64,000 bases of DNA from Camelus dromedarius (lineage: Eukaryota): contig NC_087447.1 of assembly GCF_036321535.1 (NCBI RefSeq), positions 47,928,001 to 47,992,000 of the forward strand, written 5' to 3'. Shown piece after piece: positions 21,501 through 31,779 of the stretch; the first letter of the stretch is position 1; each line of letters starts with the position of its first letter. The position numbers and the translations under genes were made by a program. A model generated the notes under the pieces. It was not told the DNA's origin. It ran no database searches and worked only from the letters and a program-made list of their open reading frames with translations.

Positions 21501-24274
21501 CAGGCCTTAGTGTCCTCATTGATAAGTGGGGTTATCAGCACCTCATTTCAGGGGCGGGTGCAGCTCAAATGCAATACTGGGTTGAATTTGCGATTTTCTT
21601 TACCTCACTCCAGGCCATTTCTGGGACCCCCAGAACTTCAAATCGGTGACCCTGGGTGCTCAGAGGAGCCCCATCACCAAGATGGTGTCTGTAGGTGGGC
21701 AGCTGTGGTGTGGCTGCCAGAATCGGGTCCTTGTCCTGAGCCCTGACACGCTGCAGCTGGAGGTAGTAGGGATAGGGGTGGGGTTAGGGGATTGGTGACT
21801 GGGGTGAGCCAGGCTCAGGAGAGAGAGGAGAAAGAACATGGGGCCCTAAAAAAACATCCAGCTGAGAGGTCAGGGCCTTCCCCTGACCACTGTGTGAATC
21901 TGAGCCAGCCCCTGTCCTTCTCTGATCCTTCTTTCCTCCCCAGTTGATAAGGGTTATGATAAGTGCCCTGTGTACATTAGAATTCTTTATTCATCCTTCC
22001 CCCAGAGACTATCTCTCAAGCATTGGGGTCTTTTGGGGGCAGACAAAGGTCCTTCCTGATGTCAGCATCCCTTAGCATTACTTTGGCCTTCATTAGTCTT
22101 GAGTTCATTTAGATACACAGCAGGGGTTGTCAGCCTGGTGGTATCTGTAGGTAACTGGTTCCCTTGATTTCGCTCTCACTGATCCCATCCTTGGCTGAGC
22201 CGGGAATGCAGAGCTTGGGTGCAGGCCCAGCTCTGTGACCGACTTTTTGACACCCTTTGATAGGTTCCTTTCCCTGTGAGGCTTCAGCTTCCCCATCTAT
22301 CCAGGCTGAGGCCAACAATTGCCCTTAAAACCCTTCAAGCTTTGAACTTTTCTGATCATTAAATCATTCAACTTCCATGAGGGAAAGGGCACTTCCATTT
22401 TAATTTCTGAGATCTAAGTGGAGAGGTTCTAGTGAAACCAAGGTTTGAAAGGTTAAATCCAGACCAGGGAGCAAGGCTGCCTTTGCTGTCAGTCCGGGAA
22501 CTTTCTGGAGAGGCTTGGTGTGAGTTCTAAGGAGGGAGGGGTGGGCAATGGTGAGGCACAAGGCAGGGAGGGCCAGGGAAGGCAGGCCTGTCAGTCACCC
22601 ATCTGCTCTCTACCCCTGCCCCCCAGCACACATTCTCCGTGGGGCAGGATTCCAGCCGCAGCGTGGCCTGCATGGTGGACTCCAGTCTTGGCGTGTGGGT
22701 GACACTGAAAGGTAGTGCCCATGTGTGTCTCTACCATCCAGACACCTTTGAGCAACTGGCAGAGGTAGATGTCACCCCTCCCGTGCACAGGATGCTGGCA
22801 GGTACTGACTTCAGTCTGTTATTGCCCCTTCCCTTGGAGCCTTTCTGTCCCTGTCACTGAGGAGGCTGAGCCAGGGCCAGGACTCAGCCCCAGCTCTGCT
22901 CTGTCTCCACCCCAGGCTCGGATGCCATCATCCGGCAGCACAAGGCTGCCTGCCTGAGGATCACAGCGCTGCTGGTGTGTGAAGAGCTGCTGTGGGTAGG
23001 CACCAGCGCCGGTGTCGTGCTCACCATGCCCACCTCGCCCAGTACTGTCAGCTGCCCACGGGCACCCCTCAGCCCTGCGGGCCTGGGTCAGGGACACACT
23101 GGCCACGTCCGCTTCTTGGCTGCAGTTCAGCTGCCAGATGGCTTCAACCTGCTCTGCCCAACCCCACCACCTCCCCCAGACACAGGTGGGTCTGCGCATC
23201 CTACCCCAAGTCAGGGACCCTGGGCTTTGGGTTTAGGATTCCCCACTGTCCTGCCAGGAGAGGGTTAAGAGGGAGGAAAAGTGTAATACAGACCTGGAAA
23301 TGGTATATATTAGAGGAAGTAGGCTATGGAAACCCTAAAATAAAATCTAGTATACAGTTGGGGGTGTGTGTGTGTATAAAAGTCTGTCCAGAGAATGTCA
23401 TAAGAGCCGAAGAGTGAATTATAAGAAATTAGAATATGACACAAGAAGGGATATATACAACAGGAAATAAAACAGGACTAGAAATGATGTTTAGGGCAGG
23501 AAGTAGAACCAGGGAGTGATGTGCAGGCAATAGAAATAGCACTAGAGAGCAGAATAGAGAGTGGCAGACAGGACAGGAAATGGACTGTGAGAATTAGAAA
23601 GTGAAACATATTAGGAAATAATGCATATCAAGGAGGTCCCAGTTAGCAAAATCTTGCTTTGGCGGGGCGGGAAACCATATTCCCAAGAGGAGGGGACTGT
23701 GGGAATCAGGGAGCAGGGAAGCCTTGGCCAGATGTTGTCGGAGTCCAGAGAAGACAAGTTGCCTAATTGGGAAAGGGCTGTTGGAAGCAGGAAGTGAGTG
23801 GGAAGAGGACAGTATACGTGCAGTAATCAAGAGATAGAAAGTGGTATGGCCCTAGGATGTCATGTCACTCATGTCTAGAAAGTACAGAAGGGATGTGAGA
23901 AGTTGTCTGACTGCCAGAAAGTGGGCATTTCTTTCCAAATAGGAAGTTCTTGGCTCACAGGAAGTGGGATCCCCCTTGGGAAGTACGTGTGTCTTTCTTG
24001 CTGTCTTCTGGGCCATGACGAGATAGTGCAGCCACTAGTCACCCCAGGCTAACCAGTCCTCCCCTTGGCTCCCCCAGGCCTCGAGAAGCTGCCCTCTCTG
24101 GAGCATCGGGACTCCCCTCGGCACCGAGGCCCTGCCTTGGCCAGGCCTAAAATGCTGGTTATCAGTGGAGGCGATGGCTATGAGGACTTCCGACTCAGCA
24201 GTGGGGGCAGTGGCAGCAGTGAGACCGTGGGCCGAGACGACAGCACAAACCACCTCCTCCTGTGGAGGGTGTGA
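6424..24274 (+). CDS. ARHGEF17: Rho guanine nucleotide exchange factor 17 (TEM4/p164-RhoGEF), coding exons 2-21 (998 aa + stop); canonical exon 1 is upstream of the window
   Basis: Exons 6424-6501, 11684-11866, 14053-14169, 14358-14450, 14678-14854, 15157-15207, 15451-15560, 15666-15751, 17341-17459, 17821-18034, 18579-18652, 19229-19428, 19605-19903, 20423-20672, 20922-21008, 21311-21378, 21614-21762, 22627-22801, 22916-23185, 24078-24274 join in frame (2997 nt, all AG/GT). DH motifs LLDTEQSYVESL and LMIKPVQRIPRYELL; C-terminus DDSTNHLLLWRV* as in recalled human ARHGEF17. Confidence 0.97.
7910..8318 (+). mobile_element. L1M (L1MB-like) 3' end fragment, inserted in an older L2
   Basis: GGAAATTCTGACACATGCTA...AAGCCAGTCACAAAA...ATTTTATGCTATATGTATTTTACCACAA plus an A tail; AT-rich against the GC-rich background. 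Confidence 0.8.
9115..9300 (+). mobile_element. MIR SINE
   Basis: MIR core CTGTGTGACTTGG..CAAGTTA...CCTCAGTTTCCTCATCTGTA. Confidence 0.8.
9458..9820 (-). mobile_element. MLT1A-like MaLR solo LTR inserted in a MIR
   Basis: TG...CA termini; near 5-bp TSD AGTGA/AGTGG; GGAGGCTGAGAAGTCCAAGAT and CAAACATTCAGACCATAGCA are typical of MLT1A/B. Confidence 0.85.
9830..10015 (-). mobile_element. MIR SINE
   Basis: CCCATTTTACAGATGATGAAACTGAG (reverse MIR core). Confidence 0.75.
11120..11243. mobile_element. MER104-like Tc2 DNA transposon remnant
   Basis: GATTCTAAGAC ... CATCTTAGATTTGATGAAATGTGG inverted ends. Confidence 0.5.
11684..11866 (+). CDS. ARHGEF17: ARHGEF17 exon 3 (GYMQPLKQ...LLVQS)
   Basis: ctag|GGC ... 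TCG|gtgagt, 183 nt. Confidence 0.95.
12500..12955. mobile_element. AT-rich ancient DNA-transposon-like fragment (possibly hAT-Tip100)
   Basis: Sharp AT-rich block in a GC-rich intron; family assignment from recall only. Confidence 0.35.
14053..14169 (+). CDS. ARHGEF17: ARHGEF17 exon 4 (FSKDVLVNIY...FLKFLE)
   Basis: cacag|TTC ... GAG|gtactg, 117 nt. Confidence 0.95.
14358..14450 (+). CDS. ARHGEF17: ARHGEF17 exon 5 (QSMRENK...PVQRIPRYELLVK)
   Basis: ttcag|CAA ... AAG|gtgggc, 93 nt. Confidence 0.95.
14678..14854 (+). CDS. ARHGEF17: ARHGEF17 exon 6 (DLLKHTPEDHPD...IEGMEN)
   Basis: cccag|GAC ... AAT|gtgagc, 177 nt. Confidence 0.95.
15157..15207 (+). CDS. ARHGEF17: ARHGEF17 exon 7 (LQAPLRRFLRQEMVIEV)
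   Basis: cacag|CTC ... GTG|gtaaga, 51 nt. Confidence 0.94.
15451..15560 (+). CDS. ARHGEF17: ARHGEF17 exon 8 (PH region, KAVGGKKDRSLFLFTD...)
   Basis: cacag|AAG ... CT|gtgagt, 110 nt. Confidence 0.94.
15666..15751 (+). CDS. ARHGEF17: ARHGEF17 exon 9 (YTAASVIDTASKYKLLWKLPLEDADIIK)
   Basis: cacag|G ... AAAG|gtgggg, 86 nt. Confidence 0.94.
17341..17459 (+). CDS. ARHGEF17: ARHGEF17 exon 10 (ASQAANRENIQK...GFPHQ)
   Basis: accag|GC ... CAG|gtctgc, 119 nt. Confidence 0.93.
17821..18034 (+). CDS. ARHGEF17: ARHGEF17 exon 11 (SLDDALRD...EAKRKL)
   Basis: tgcag|AGC ... CTGG|gtaagc, 214 nt. Confidence 0.95.
18579..18652 (+). CDS. ARHGEF17: ARHGEF17 exon 12 (SSKSCLDPEFLKAIPIMKTRSGMQ)
   Basis: tacag|CT ... 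CAG|gtgtgt, 74 nt. Confidence 0.94.
18653..19120. repeat. Degenerate (TG/TA/CA)n alternating purine-pyrimidine tract
   Basis: Fills most of ARHGEF17 intron 12. Confidence 0.8.
19229..19428 (+). CDS. ARHGEF17: ARHGEF17 exon 13 (FSCAAP...VWVCNSDGYVGQVCLL...)
   Basis: cgcag|TTC ... CACAG|gtgagg, 200 nt. Confidence 0.95.
19605..19903 (+). CDS. ARHGEF17: ARHGEF17 exon 14 (acidic/Ser-rich insert)
   Basis: cccag|C ... GGCA|gtgagt, 299 nt. Confidence 0.92.
20423..20672 (+). CDS. ARHGEF17: ARHGEF17 exon 15 (EETPSSKE...VWLGTEDG)
   Basis: ctcag|AT ... TG|gtaggg, 250 nt. Confidence 0.95.
20922..21008 (+). CDS. ARHGEF17: ARHGEF17 exon 16 (VHVYQSSD...SVTCIL)
   Basis: cacag|T ... CT|gtaagg, 87 nt. Confidence 0.94.
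21311..21378 (+). CDS. ARHGEF17: ARHGEF17 exon 17 (YLNNQVFVSLANGELVVYQREA)
   Basis: gctag|G ... GCAG|gtgagt, 68 nt. Confidence 0.94.
21614..21762 (+). CDS. ARHGEF17: ARHGEF17 exon 18 (HFWDPQNF...DTLQLE)
   Basis: tccag|GC ... GAG|gtagta, 149 nt. Confidence 0.94.
22627..22801 (+). CDS. ARHGEF17: ARHGEF17 exon 19 (HTFSVGQDSSR...HRMLA)
   Basis: cccag|CAC ... GCAG|gtactg, 175 nt. Confidence 0.94.
22916..23185 (+). CDS. ARHGEF17: ARHGEF17 exon 20 (SDAIIRQHKAACLRIT...PPPPPDT)
   Basis: cccag|GC ... ACAG|gtgggt, 270 nt. Confidence 0.95.
24078..24274 (+). CDS. ARHGEF17: ARHGEF17 exon 21 coding part (LEKLPSL...NHLLLWRV*)
   Basis: cccag|GC; TGA at 24272-24274. Confidence 0.95.
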
Positions 24275-25590
24275 CCCTGTCCACGGTGGCCCAGGCCTTG
24301 CCTCCCCACCTGCCCTCAGCCTCCTTGCCTGTTCCAAGCCCACATGCAGACTCTGAACAGGAGTGTCCGACCTCGGGTACACCTGTGCCTGCGTGGGCCA
24401 CCTCCCATCCTCATGGAAGCATTCCTGATGGAGCACCTTTCCCAGCCCTCTGGCTGCTCCGGTGCTCCCAGTCATGATGGGGTGGGGAGGGGGACACATG
24501 GGCTGCCCAGGACCTCTGTCCCTGGAGCTTCTACCAAAGACACGACCAGGCCTGGACCCCATGGGGCTGGGGAGGACCATGTGCAATATTTGGAGGGTTT
24601 TCTGGGGGCAGAGGGAGGGCTAGGGAATGGAACCCTTTCCCATGTACAGTATTTATGTTTCTTTTTAGATGTGTACCTTCCCAAGCACTTATTTATGCAA
24701 TGACCTGGGGCAGGGAGTGATTTGAGGAAATGACAGAAGGAAAAAAAAAAAGAGCAAACCCTATTCCTGTCCTGGGAGCCATCCTAGGCCCCTAACCAAG
24801 CCTTCCTGGAGGGACCAGTCCCCCTCTCATTACACACGCACACACACACTGCATGTTTGGGGCACTGAAACACTGCCTCTTAACATATATTTTCCAAGGC
24901 CTCGTCCTGACTGGGCTGCCCTCCAGTATCCAGAGGAAAGGACCAAGTCCCCTCAGTCATCCAGAACAAGATGATGACTCCGGGGGAGGTGGGGAGGGGG
25001 AGTGACTCCCATCTGGAGGGCCTTCCCAGGCCATAACGTTTCTTTGCTTGTTGGCAGTGCCTTTAGTGGTTCCTGAATTTGGGAACACTGATGAGGCCTG
25101 GGCCAGGGCTTTCTCCTGGCTTGAGCAGGGAAAGGGCCCTTGCTCTCCTCATTGTTGCCCCTCAGCCCCTGCATCTCATGCACTGGCACATATGGTCACC
25201 TTGGGAGGTAGACCTAGGAGCCCCCTCACTCTGACCACTGTATCCCTCTCCATACCCACCTCCTGCCAGGGGCAGCCCTTCCAGGAAGGATGTCCAAAGC
25301 AGAGGGTCTAGACGTAGCCTCTTAGGCTGGGAAGGCTACCACAGGGGGCAGCCTCTCCCCTGCCCCCCAAACTGCAGGAGCCAGTCTGACCCCAGCCCCC
25401 CGCTTCTCCAGCTGCAGCTCCAAAGGTCTGGTGTCAGATGGGGTTTGGTTCTGTTTGGTTCTGTTTTTGTTTGGGGTGGGTAGGTCATTGTGGTCTTAGA
25501 TTATGTTTCTCTTGCTACCAGTCATGTATTAACTTTCCTTGGATGATGAAGTTTAAAGAGTCAATAAATAGAAACACCAAACAACTGGTC
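24275..25590 (+). other. ARHGEF17: ARHGEF17 3'UTR (~1.3 kb, end approximate)
   Basis: Follows the stop codon; U-rich segment at ~25440-25560 leads to AATAAA. Confidence 0.75.
25563..25568 (+). terminator. Polyadenylation signal of ARHGEF17
   Basis: First AATAAA downstream of the stop codon. Confidence 0.75.
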
Positions 25591-27134
25591 CCCATCGGCA
25601 GCCGTGGAGGCCTTCTGCCAGCACCCTCTGGGTTCCCCAGCTGCATGGACCTCCTGACCCCAACTCTCTGGGGCCAGGGGAGGGCTGGGACCCAGAAGAG
25701 TGCTAAGTTGGCGAGGCGTCCACTGACTTGCTGTGTTATCCCAGGCAGGTCACCCCGCCTGCCTGGGCTGGTTTCCTTATCAGAAAAACCAGGAGTTATG
25801 CTAGTCCAATGCCTTATAACCAGGGCTGTGTGTTAGAATCCCTTACAGCTTACATGCGTAAATACCAAGTGTAATATGTAAATTGTACATGTAAACACAC
25901 GTTCCCAGGCTCCCCCCAGCTCCTGTGTCAGTGGGTCTGGGATAAACCTTGGGAATCTGCAGCTGACACATGCCGTAAGGAAAAAAACGAGGTGACAGTG
26001 AGCCTGTGTACAGCTCCTCCAGAAAGCAGTGCTCTCCAGCAAAGCCTCATATGAAGCTCGGAATCTGATGGGCCAAGGTGAGCACGGGTAGAATCCAAGT
26101 CTGTCTGATTTCTGGTCAGTAAATCAGACACAAGAAGACAAAGGCCAACAAGGGCTGTTCTTCACAGGGGCAGAGGGCCTTTCCCACCAGGGGGCACCCA
26201 TGGGATGCAAAAGGATGACTTCTAGAAAAGGGCCACTCGTGCCTTAGCTCTGCTGAACACGTTTGAACATTTTCCAACCTTAACAATTTAGACTTTACAA
26301 AAACCAGTTGCTAAAGGGGAGTGCTTTGTAGACTGGTGTGTATCTCAGGAGGCTGCCAGGCCCTTGATGCCACAGGATGTGCATGAAGCATCTCCCTCCA
26401 CTCCTGGGATGCTCTGGGGAGGAGAGGACTACAGAAAACAGATACATCACAGAGTGGAAGGCAGTGTTTGTGTGAAATTTATGATAAAACAGAATAGAAG
26501 GAGCACAGGCTCTGAAACTGAACAAAACGTTGACTTGCCACTCTCTAGCTATGCGGCTTCGGATGAATTGCATCCTCTCTGAGCCTCCGTCTCCTCATCT
26601 GTAAATTGAGGCTGATAACCCTTTCCCCCAAGGGACTGTTGCTTAGTGTACAGGTTTTTGGATTGTAAGGAAGAGATTGTTTCTGCCCAGAAATAAAAGG
26701 TGGGGCTAATTAGTGGAGATGTGACCTGGAAGCCAATAGCTGTCAGCACAGCGGCCCAGATAGTGCTGCCCCATCTCAGGACCCCTGGCTGCTCCACCTT
26801 GGAGCTCTGGTTCCTGCCTCGCTGCCAGCCAGCTGCCATTCTCTCTGCTTCACAGCTTCTGCTGCCTCAGGCCATCTTCCCTTCTGGGTCCAGGGGCTCC
26901 AGACAGACTTCCAGCACTGGTTACCAAAGGCCGGATCCTCAGCATTTTCCCAGCTCAAGTGCCGCGGTAGGAATGGGCCCAGTCCAGCCCACTGTTCCTT
27001 AGGAGGCCATGTGGGCAGCCTGTGGAGAGGTGCGCAGCCTTAGCTGGTCAGCTGTGGGCTGAGAGGACCTGGGATGCATGGTTGCCAGTCCACCAACCCA
27101 GGGGAGGCTCCTGGAAGGATTAGTTCCTCTAAAG

Positions 27135-27631
27135 CAGTGGTTCTCAATCTTGGCTGCATATTCTAATTACCTGAGAGGCCCAGGCCATATCCCAGACCAA
27201 TTAAATCAGAATTCTGCGGGTGGGACCCCAGGATCAGTATTTTTTAAGGAAACTTTTAATTGAAGTATAACACTTGTATAGAAAAGTACTCAAGTCATTA
27301 GTGGGCAGCTAGATGGATTTTCATAAAATAAACACACACCCAGATCAAGAAACAGAACATTCTATCACCTGAAAACTCCCCACATGCCCCTCCCAGTTAC
27401 CCCTTCTAGGGTAACCACTACTCTGGCTTGTTTTTATTTTTTTTTACTTTTGGGGGGAGTAATTTGTTTAATTTATTTACTTACTTATTTAATGGAGGTA
27501 CAGCGGATTGAACCCAGGACCTTGTGCATGCTAAGCACATACACACACTACCACTGAGCTATGCCCCCCACCCACCCACCCTGGCTTCTGACAGCATGGT
27601 TTAGTTTTGCCAGTGAGGTGGAGAACCACTG
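27135..27631 (+). mobile_element. MER5B-like hAT element interrupted by an L1M fragment and a SINE
   Basis: TIRs CAGTGGTTCTC / GAGAACCACTG; 8-bp TSD CTCTAAAG/CTTTAAAG. Confidence 0.8.
27430..27580 (-). mobile_element. tRNA-Ala-derived SINE (camelid vic-1-like)
   Basis: Minus strand ATAGCTCAGTGGTAG...GCTTAGCATGCACAAGGTCCTGGGTTCAATCC...TACCTCCA plus AT-rich tail; TSD CTGGCTT at 27423-27429 and 27581-27587. Confidence 0.85.
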
Positions 27632-27929
27632 CTTTAAAGAGCACAGCCATGGCTGGTCATTGGGATGGGAAGAAATGGGGCTTGGGTTTGGTGTGAAGAG
27701 GAAACAGCTTGAGTCAAGGCCAGGAGGGGTGGGGTCTGAGGAGTAGCCCCAACTGGAGCAGAGGGGAAAGAGAAAGGCAGGGAGGTGGAAGGGGGAACTT
27801 GATCTTGTTCTTTGCTCCATCCCCAGGCCACCTGCACTGCCTGACGTGCAGTAGGTGCTCAGGAAATTATTTGTTGAATTAAATCTGGAGAATTTAGTTG
27901 GGATCCTTCTCTAGGTCCTAAATGTCACA

Positions 27930-28150
27930 AAGAAATAATGCCAGCTTCCATTTCTTGAGTGTTTGCTGCAGGCCAGTAGCATGGACCATCTCATTTAATC
28001 TTCAGTGGTCCTGGGAGGTTGGTACCATTATTATCCCCTTTTTTAGATGAAAAAACTGAGCTCCAGAGAGGTTAAACACCCTCCTCAAGGTCACCTGCCT
28101 ACTAAACAGTGAGCCTGGATTCACATAGGATCTGTCTGCTCAGGTCTCTG
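27930..28150 (-). mobile_element. MIR SINE
   Basis: TTATCCCCTTTTTTAGATGAAAAAACTGAG...AGAGAGGTTAA. Confidence 0.75.
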
Positions 28151-31100
28151 TGCCTTGTGGAAGAGAGGAAGGACAGTCACACGGGGTGGCTGGAGGACAG
28201 AAGAGACAGTCTGAGCAGCCAGAGCCACATCCAGTCACTCATGAGGTATCTGGCTCACATTCCTTGGGCCAGCCCTGGGAAGGATGTCCTGACTTCAGAG
28301 AAGAGAGTTAGGGCCAAAAGCTGTCTCTCCAAGGCGGTTCTCTGGGTGTTTCCTGGGGCTAGGGACAAATGGCAGGGTTTAGCTAGACATCTATGTCACA
28401 GGGAAGATGAGGCACAGAAAGGGATACGGACTTACCTAATGTTACACAGCATTTAGGCGAGGGGTGGGTATAGAGGAGAGCAGGCAGGAAGGTTTCCTCT
28501 GGTCAGAAAAGTCAGACAATGACCCTGAGAACCCAGGAAGCACAGAGCTGGGGTTAGCTGGCCTTTAGGGGCCCCATCGCACACCTCAAATCAGGGTCAG
28601 CAGTAGTCTATAGGTCCAGAGGGCTCAGCAAAGGGAGCAGCAAGCATGTTAAGGCCCTAACTTAGATCTTCTGGGTGGGGTTTGGGGAGGGGATGGGGGA
28701 CCCAGAGCTGAACCGAAGCCTCAGCTGTGGCCTCCCCTTACTGTGTGACCCTAGGCAAATGTTGGCCCTCTCTGGATCCAGGTGACCTCTGAGAACCCTT
28801 CACATCTTTTGCATGCCTGCCAAACACCAAGTCTCTCTTCTGTCCTCACAGACCTTAAACCACAGGCTAGGTTGCAGGAAGTGGCAAAGGAGAGTGCTAT
28901 TTTGGGCCCATTATGGCTAATGTGGAGCCCTGCCTGGCAAAGGCAAGCAAAGGGGCACCCCAAGTTGGGGGCAAGCAAGATGCCTGGCTCAATGTGGAGG
29001 GGGCAGTGTGCAGGTATCAGGGAGAAATGGGGGCAAAGCCCAGATGCTGGCTGTGGAGAGGACACAGGGCAAACACTGAGGGCAGGGGACCAGAGGAAGC
29101 AGATGATTTCCAGTCCAGCATCCTAGAATAGGCTGGTGCCCCTGATGTGGGGTCTCAGCAGATCCTCACAATACCTTGGACAGGCGAGCTTGCACTCAGA
29201 AAGCTGAGGTCACTTGCTTAAGGCCACACAGCCTGGCAATGGTAGAACTGGGACTTGATCCCTATCTGTGTGACACCAAAGCCCACCCTTAATGGGATTC
29301 CAGACCCAAGCCAGAGTCTGGACCTAAATGTGAACAGAGTCCCGCTCTCAGGCCCAACAGCCTCACTTTCAGCTCCTGCCCTTCCCTATTTGAACCCACC
29401 TGCCCTCCCAGCCCCAGTTCCTCCGTAGATCAACCCCTTTCCCCATCCCCCTGCCTGGAGCTAAGGCACAAACACAGGAGAACAGCCCACCTTCTGAGGG
29501 GAGGATTTGGTCAGTTGAGAGGTAAGCCAAGTGCAGAGCCTTGAAATTTCAGCCCCAATATTCCTCCCGCTTTGGACATCCATGTTGGAATTTAAGTATA
29601 GCCAGCAGAGGGCGCCACCATCTTGGTCCATAACCCCAGAGGCAGGCTCCAAACCACTGAACCCAACTGCATTTCATGTCTCTGATCCTGTGGCCCAGGA
29701 TCCCCACCCCAGGCAGGGTCTCAGTGGGATATGGAGCCCATGTCCCTGCCTCCGGATCACCACAGCTCATCCCAGCTTACTGGGGCCTTGTGCTGTGCCC
29801 CCTAGGTTGAGGTACAGGCCTTCTCTGGGCTCACTTCCTTGGCTGTACTATGAGAGGTTCAACAAGATCATCTCTGAGGTTCTTGAGCTCAGGGGTTGTA
29901 ATGCTAAGAGTCCATGGATCCACCTGAGATGCCAAGAGTTTTAAAAGCCTGTGATTCTGAGAGTTCTTTGTTCTTGCCAAGGACCCTAAAAAGGTGAATC
30001 ACCAAGCTCCCTAAAAAGCAGATCTAAATATCTCCTGTAGCTTCCACAACTCCTTCCCTGTCTCCTCACTACAGCATCTAGATGTTTCCAGACTCTTGGG
30101 GAGGGTCCCAGCTGCAGCTCGCTGTGGTTCGGGAGTCAGAGCTGGCAGATAGATAATTAGGCTCCCTCATAACCTGAGGAGGTGGGGGTGGGATGTGGGT
30201 GGGCTGTGGTTCCAGGAGACCTGACTCTATGGAGCTGCAGCCTGAGAGTCCAAAGTTACCAACCAGTGCCCCAACTCAGCCAGGCTGGGCAGAACGCCTC
30301 CTCCCACAGAGAACTAGAATGACCTTCAGGCACCAAGTTTGGCACCCTAATTTTCAGATGGGGAAGTTTGAGTCGGAGAGGGATTCAACCAAAGGCCTCA
30401 CAGACAGCTGGTAGTAGAGACAGGCTTGGACCCTCTCTCTATAGGACATCTGACTAGTAGCCAGTGCTCTTTGGCCAAAAAGCATATCCTCATTTGGATT
30501 ATTGACTGCATGTGAAATGCCACCATTTGAACTCCAGAACTTGAAACTGGGGCACAGAGGTCCCCTTACAAAGAAAACATTTGCAGGGATAGACGGCATC
30601 CTGGGCTGCTCTAGCTCCCTTATCAGATCCCAAGCACGGATCTTCTCTGGACTCCCTCCCATGTGCTCAGATGTTGGGTATGTGACCCTGGGATCACCCC
30701 TGCCCTAGCCCTGGGGATGCCTATTGACATATGAATGGCCTGGGGCTATGATCCCTACATCAATTACCAGGGAGCCCTTTCTGCCCTTCCTCCACAGCCT
30801 GGACCTGGCCTAGGGAAATGGAAACTCTTCCCCTCTCCCCTTCCCTCTGCAGGTGTCCAGTTCTCCCAAGATCTCTTGGGCCCTGGGGACCTGATCTTCC
30901 CCACCCACTCACCCCACAGCTCAGATTCTATGACTCAAGTTTATTTAAAATTCTCCACTTCCCCTACAATCTATCCCAAACAACTCATTTACCTTCCTCC
31001 ACTTCTGCCATGGTCTGTGATTATCCTGATCCCACCCAGGCCTCTGCCCCCAGCATAAGGCTTACCCTACTGTCTGCATCTCCTCCCAGCTCTGCTGTCC

Positions 31101-31779
31101 TGGGAGGGCCGCATGGGATCCCCTCAGTGGTACTGAGTAGGGGAAACCCTGGCTTCTGAGCTGTTGCCTCCAATCTTGGCACACCTTATGTTATAACTCC
31201 AAGGACACAATTCACAGAGCTGGAAATCACTATGAACAGTGTCCTGGAGTCCCTAGTCACTGCCCCGCTGGGCACTCTGATGGCTGCTGTTGGGAATCGG
31301 CAGGGTGGGACAGTAGGGAAGAGAGAGCAGTGTGTCACCTGTCCTGCTGGAAGGAGGGAGTAACTGTCCTGGCAGAGAAGGGTGGGGCTGGGAATGGAGA
31401 CAGGAAAGACCTCCTAGAGGAAGGAGATTAGGGCTGGGCCCTCGGGAATATGCAGGAGCCCACCAGGTGGGCCTCTATCATAGATTTATTTTCACCAGGC
31501 CTTTTCTCACCAACTAGGTGCGGTTTCTGGCGGTGGGCCCGGGCCTCTTCAACAAGGCAAAGTGAGGTTGTTCTCCCTGGCTGCCACTTTCCAGGAGGAA
31601 AACGAGACCTAGGGAGGGGCAGCAGTGGCCCCGTTTGCCCTGGCATTGGTGACAGGTCTCAGAGGAGCATCCAAGTCTCCAGTCTATCTTGCATCTTGCA
31701 ACCCTTTCTTTGGTTTGGAGCCCAGAAGGGGCTGATCCGGGAGGCTTCGTCCGGAGCAGCCCCCTGCAGTTCTCAGGCA

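Noticed and set aside
24741..24751. A11 tract in the ARHGEF17 3'UTR as a transcript end or retrocopy tail
   Set aside because: No upstream poly(A) signal or TSD; a simple homopolymer (internal-priming risk). The A-run at ~57624-57642 is likewise a U-tract in the FAM168A UTR.
27493..27569. tRNA-Ala(AGC)-like gene on the minus strand
   Set aside because: Has a TG-repeat insertion and stem mismatches, an AT-rich tail and a TSD, so it is a SINE head rather than a functional tRNA. The same applies to 42947-43016.
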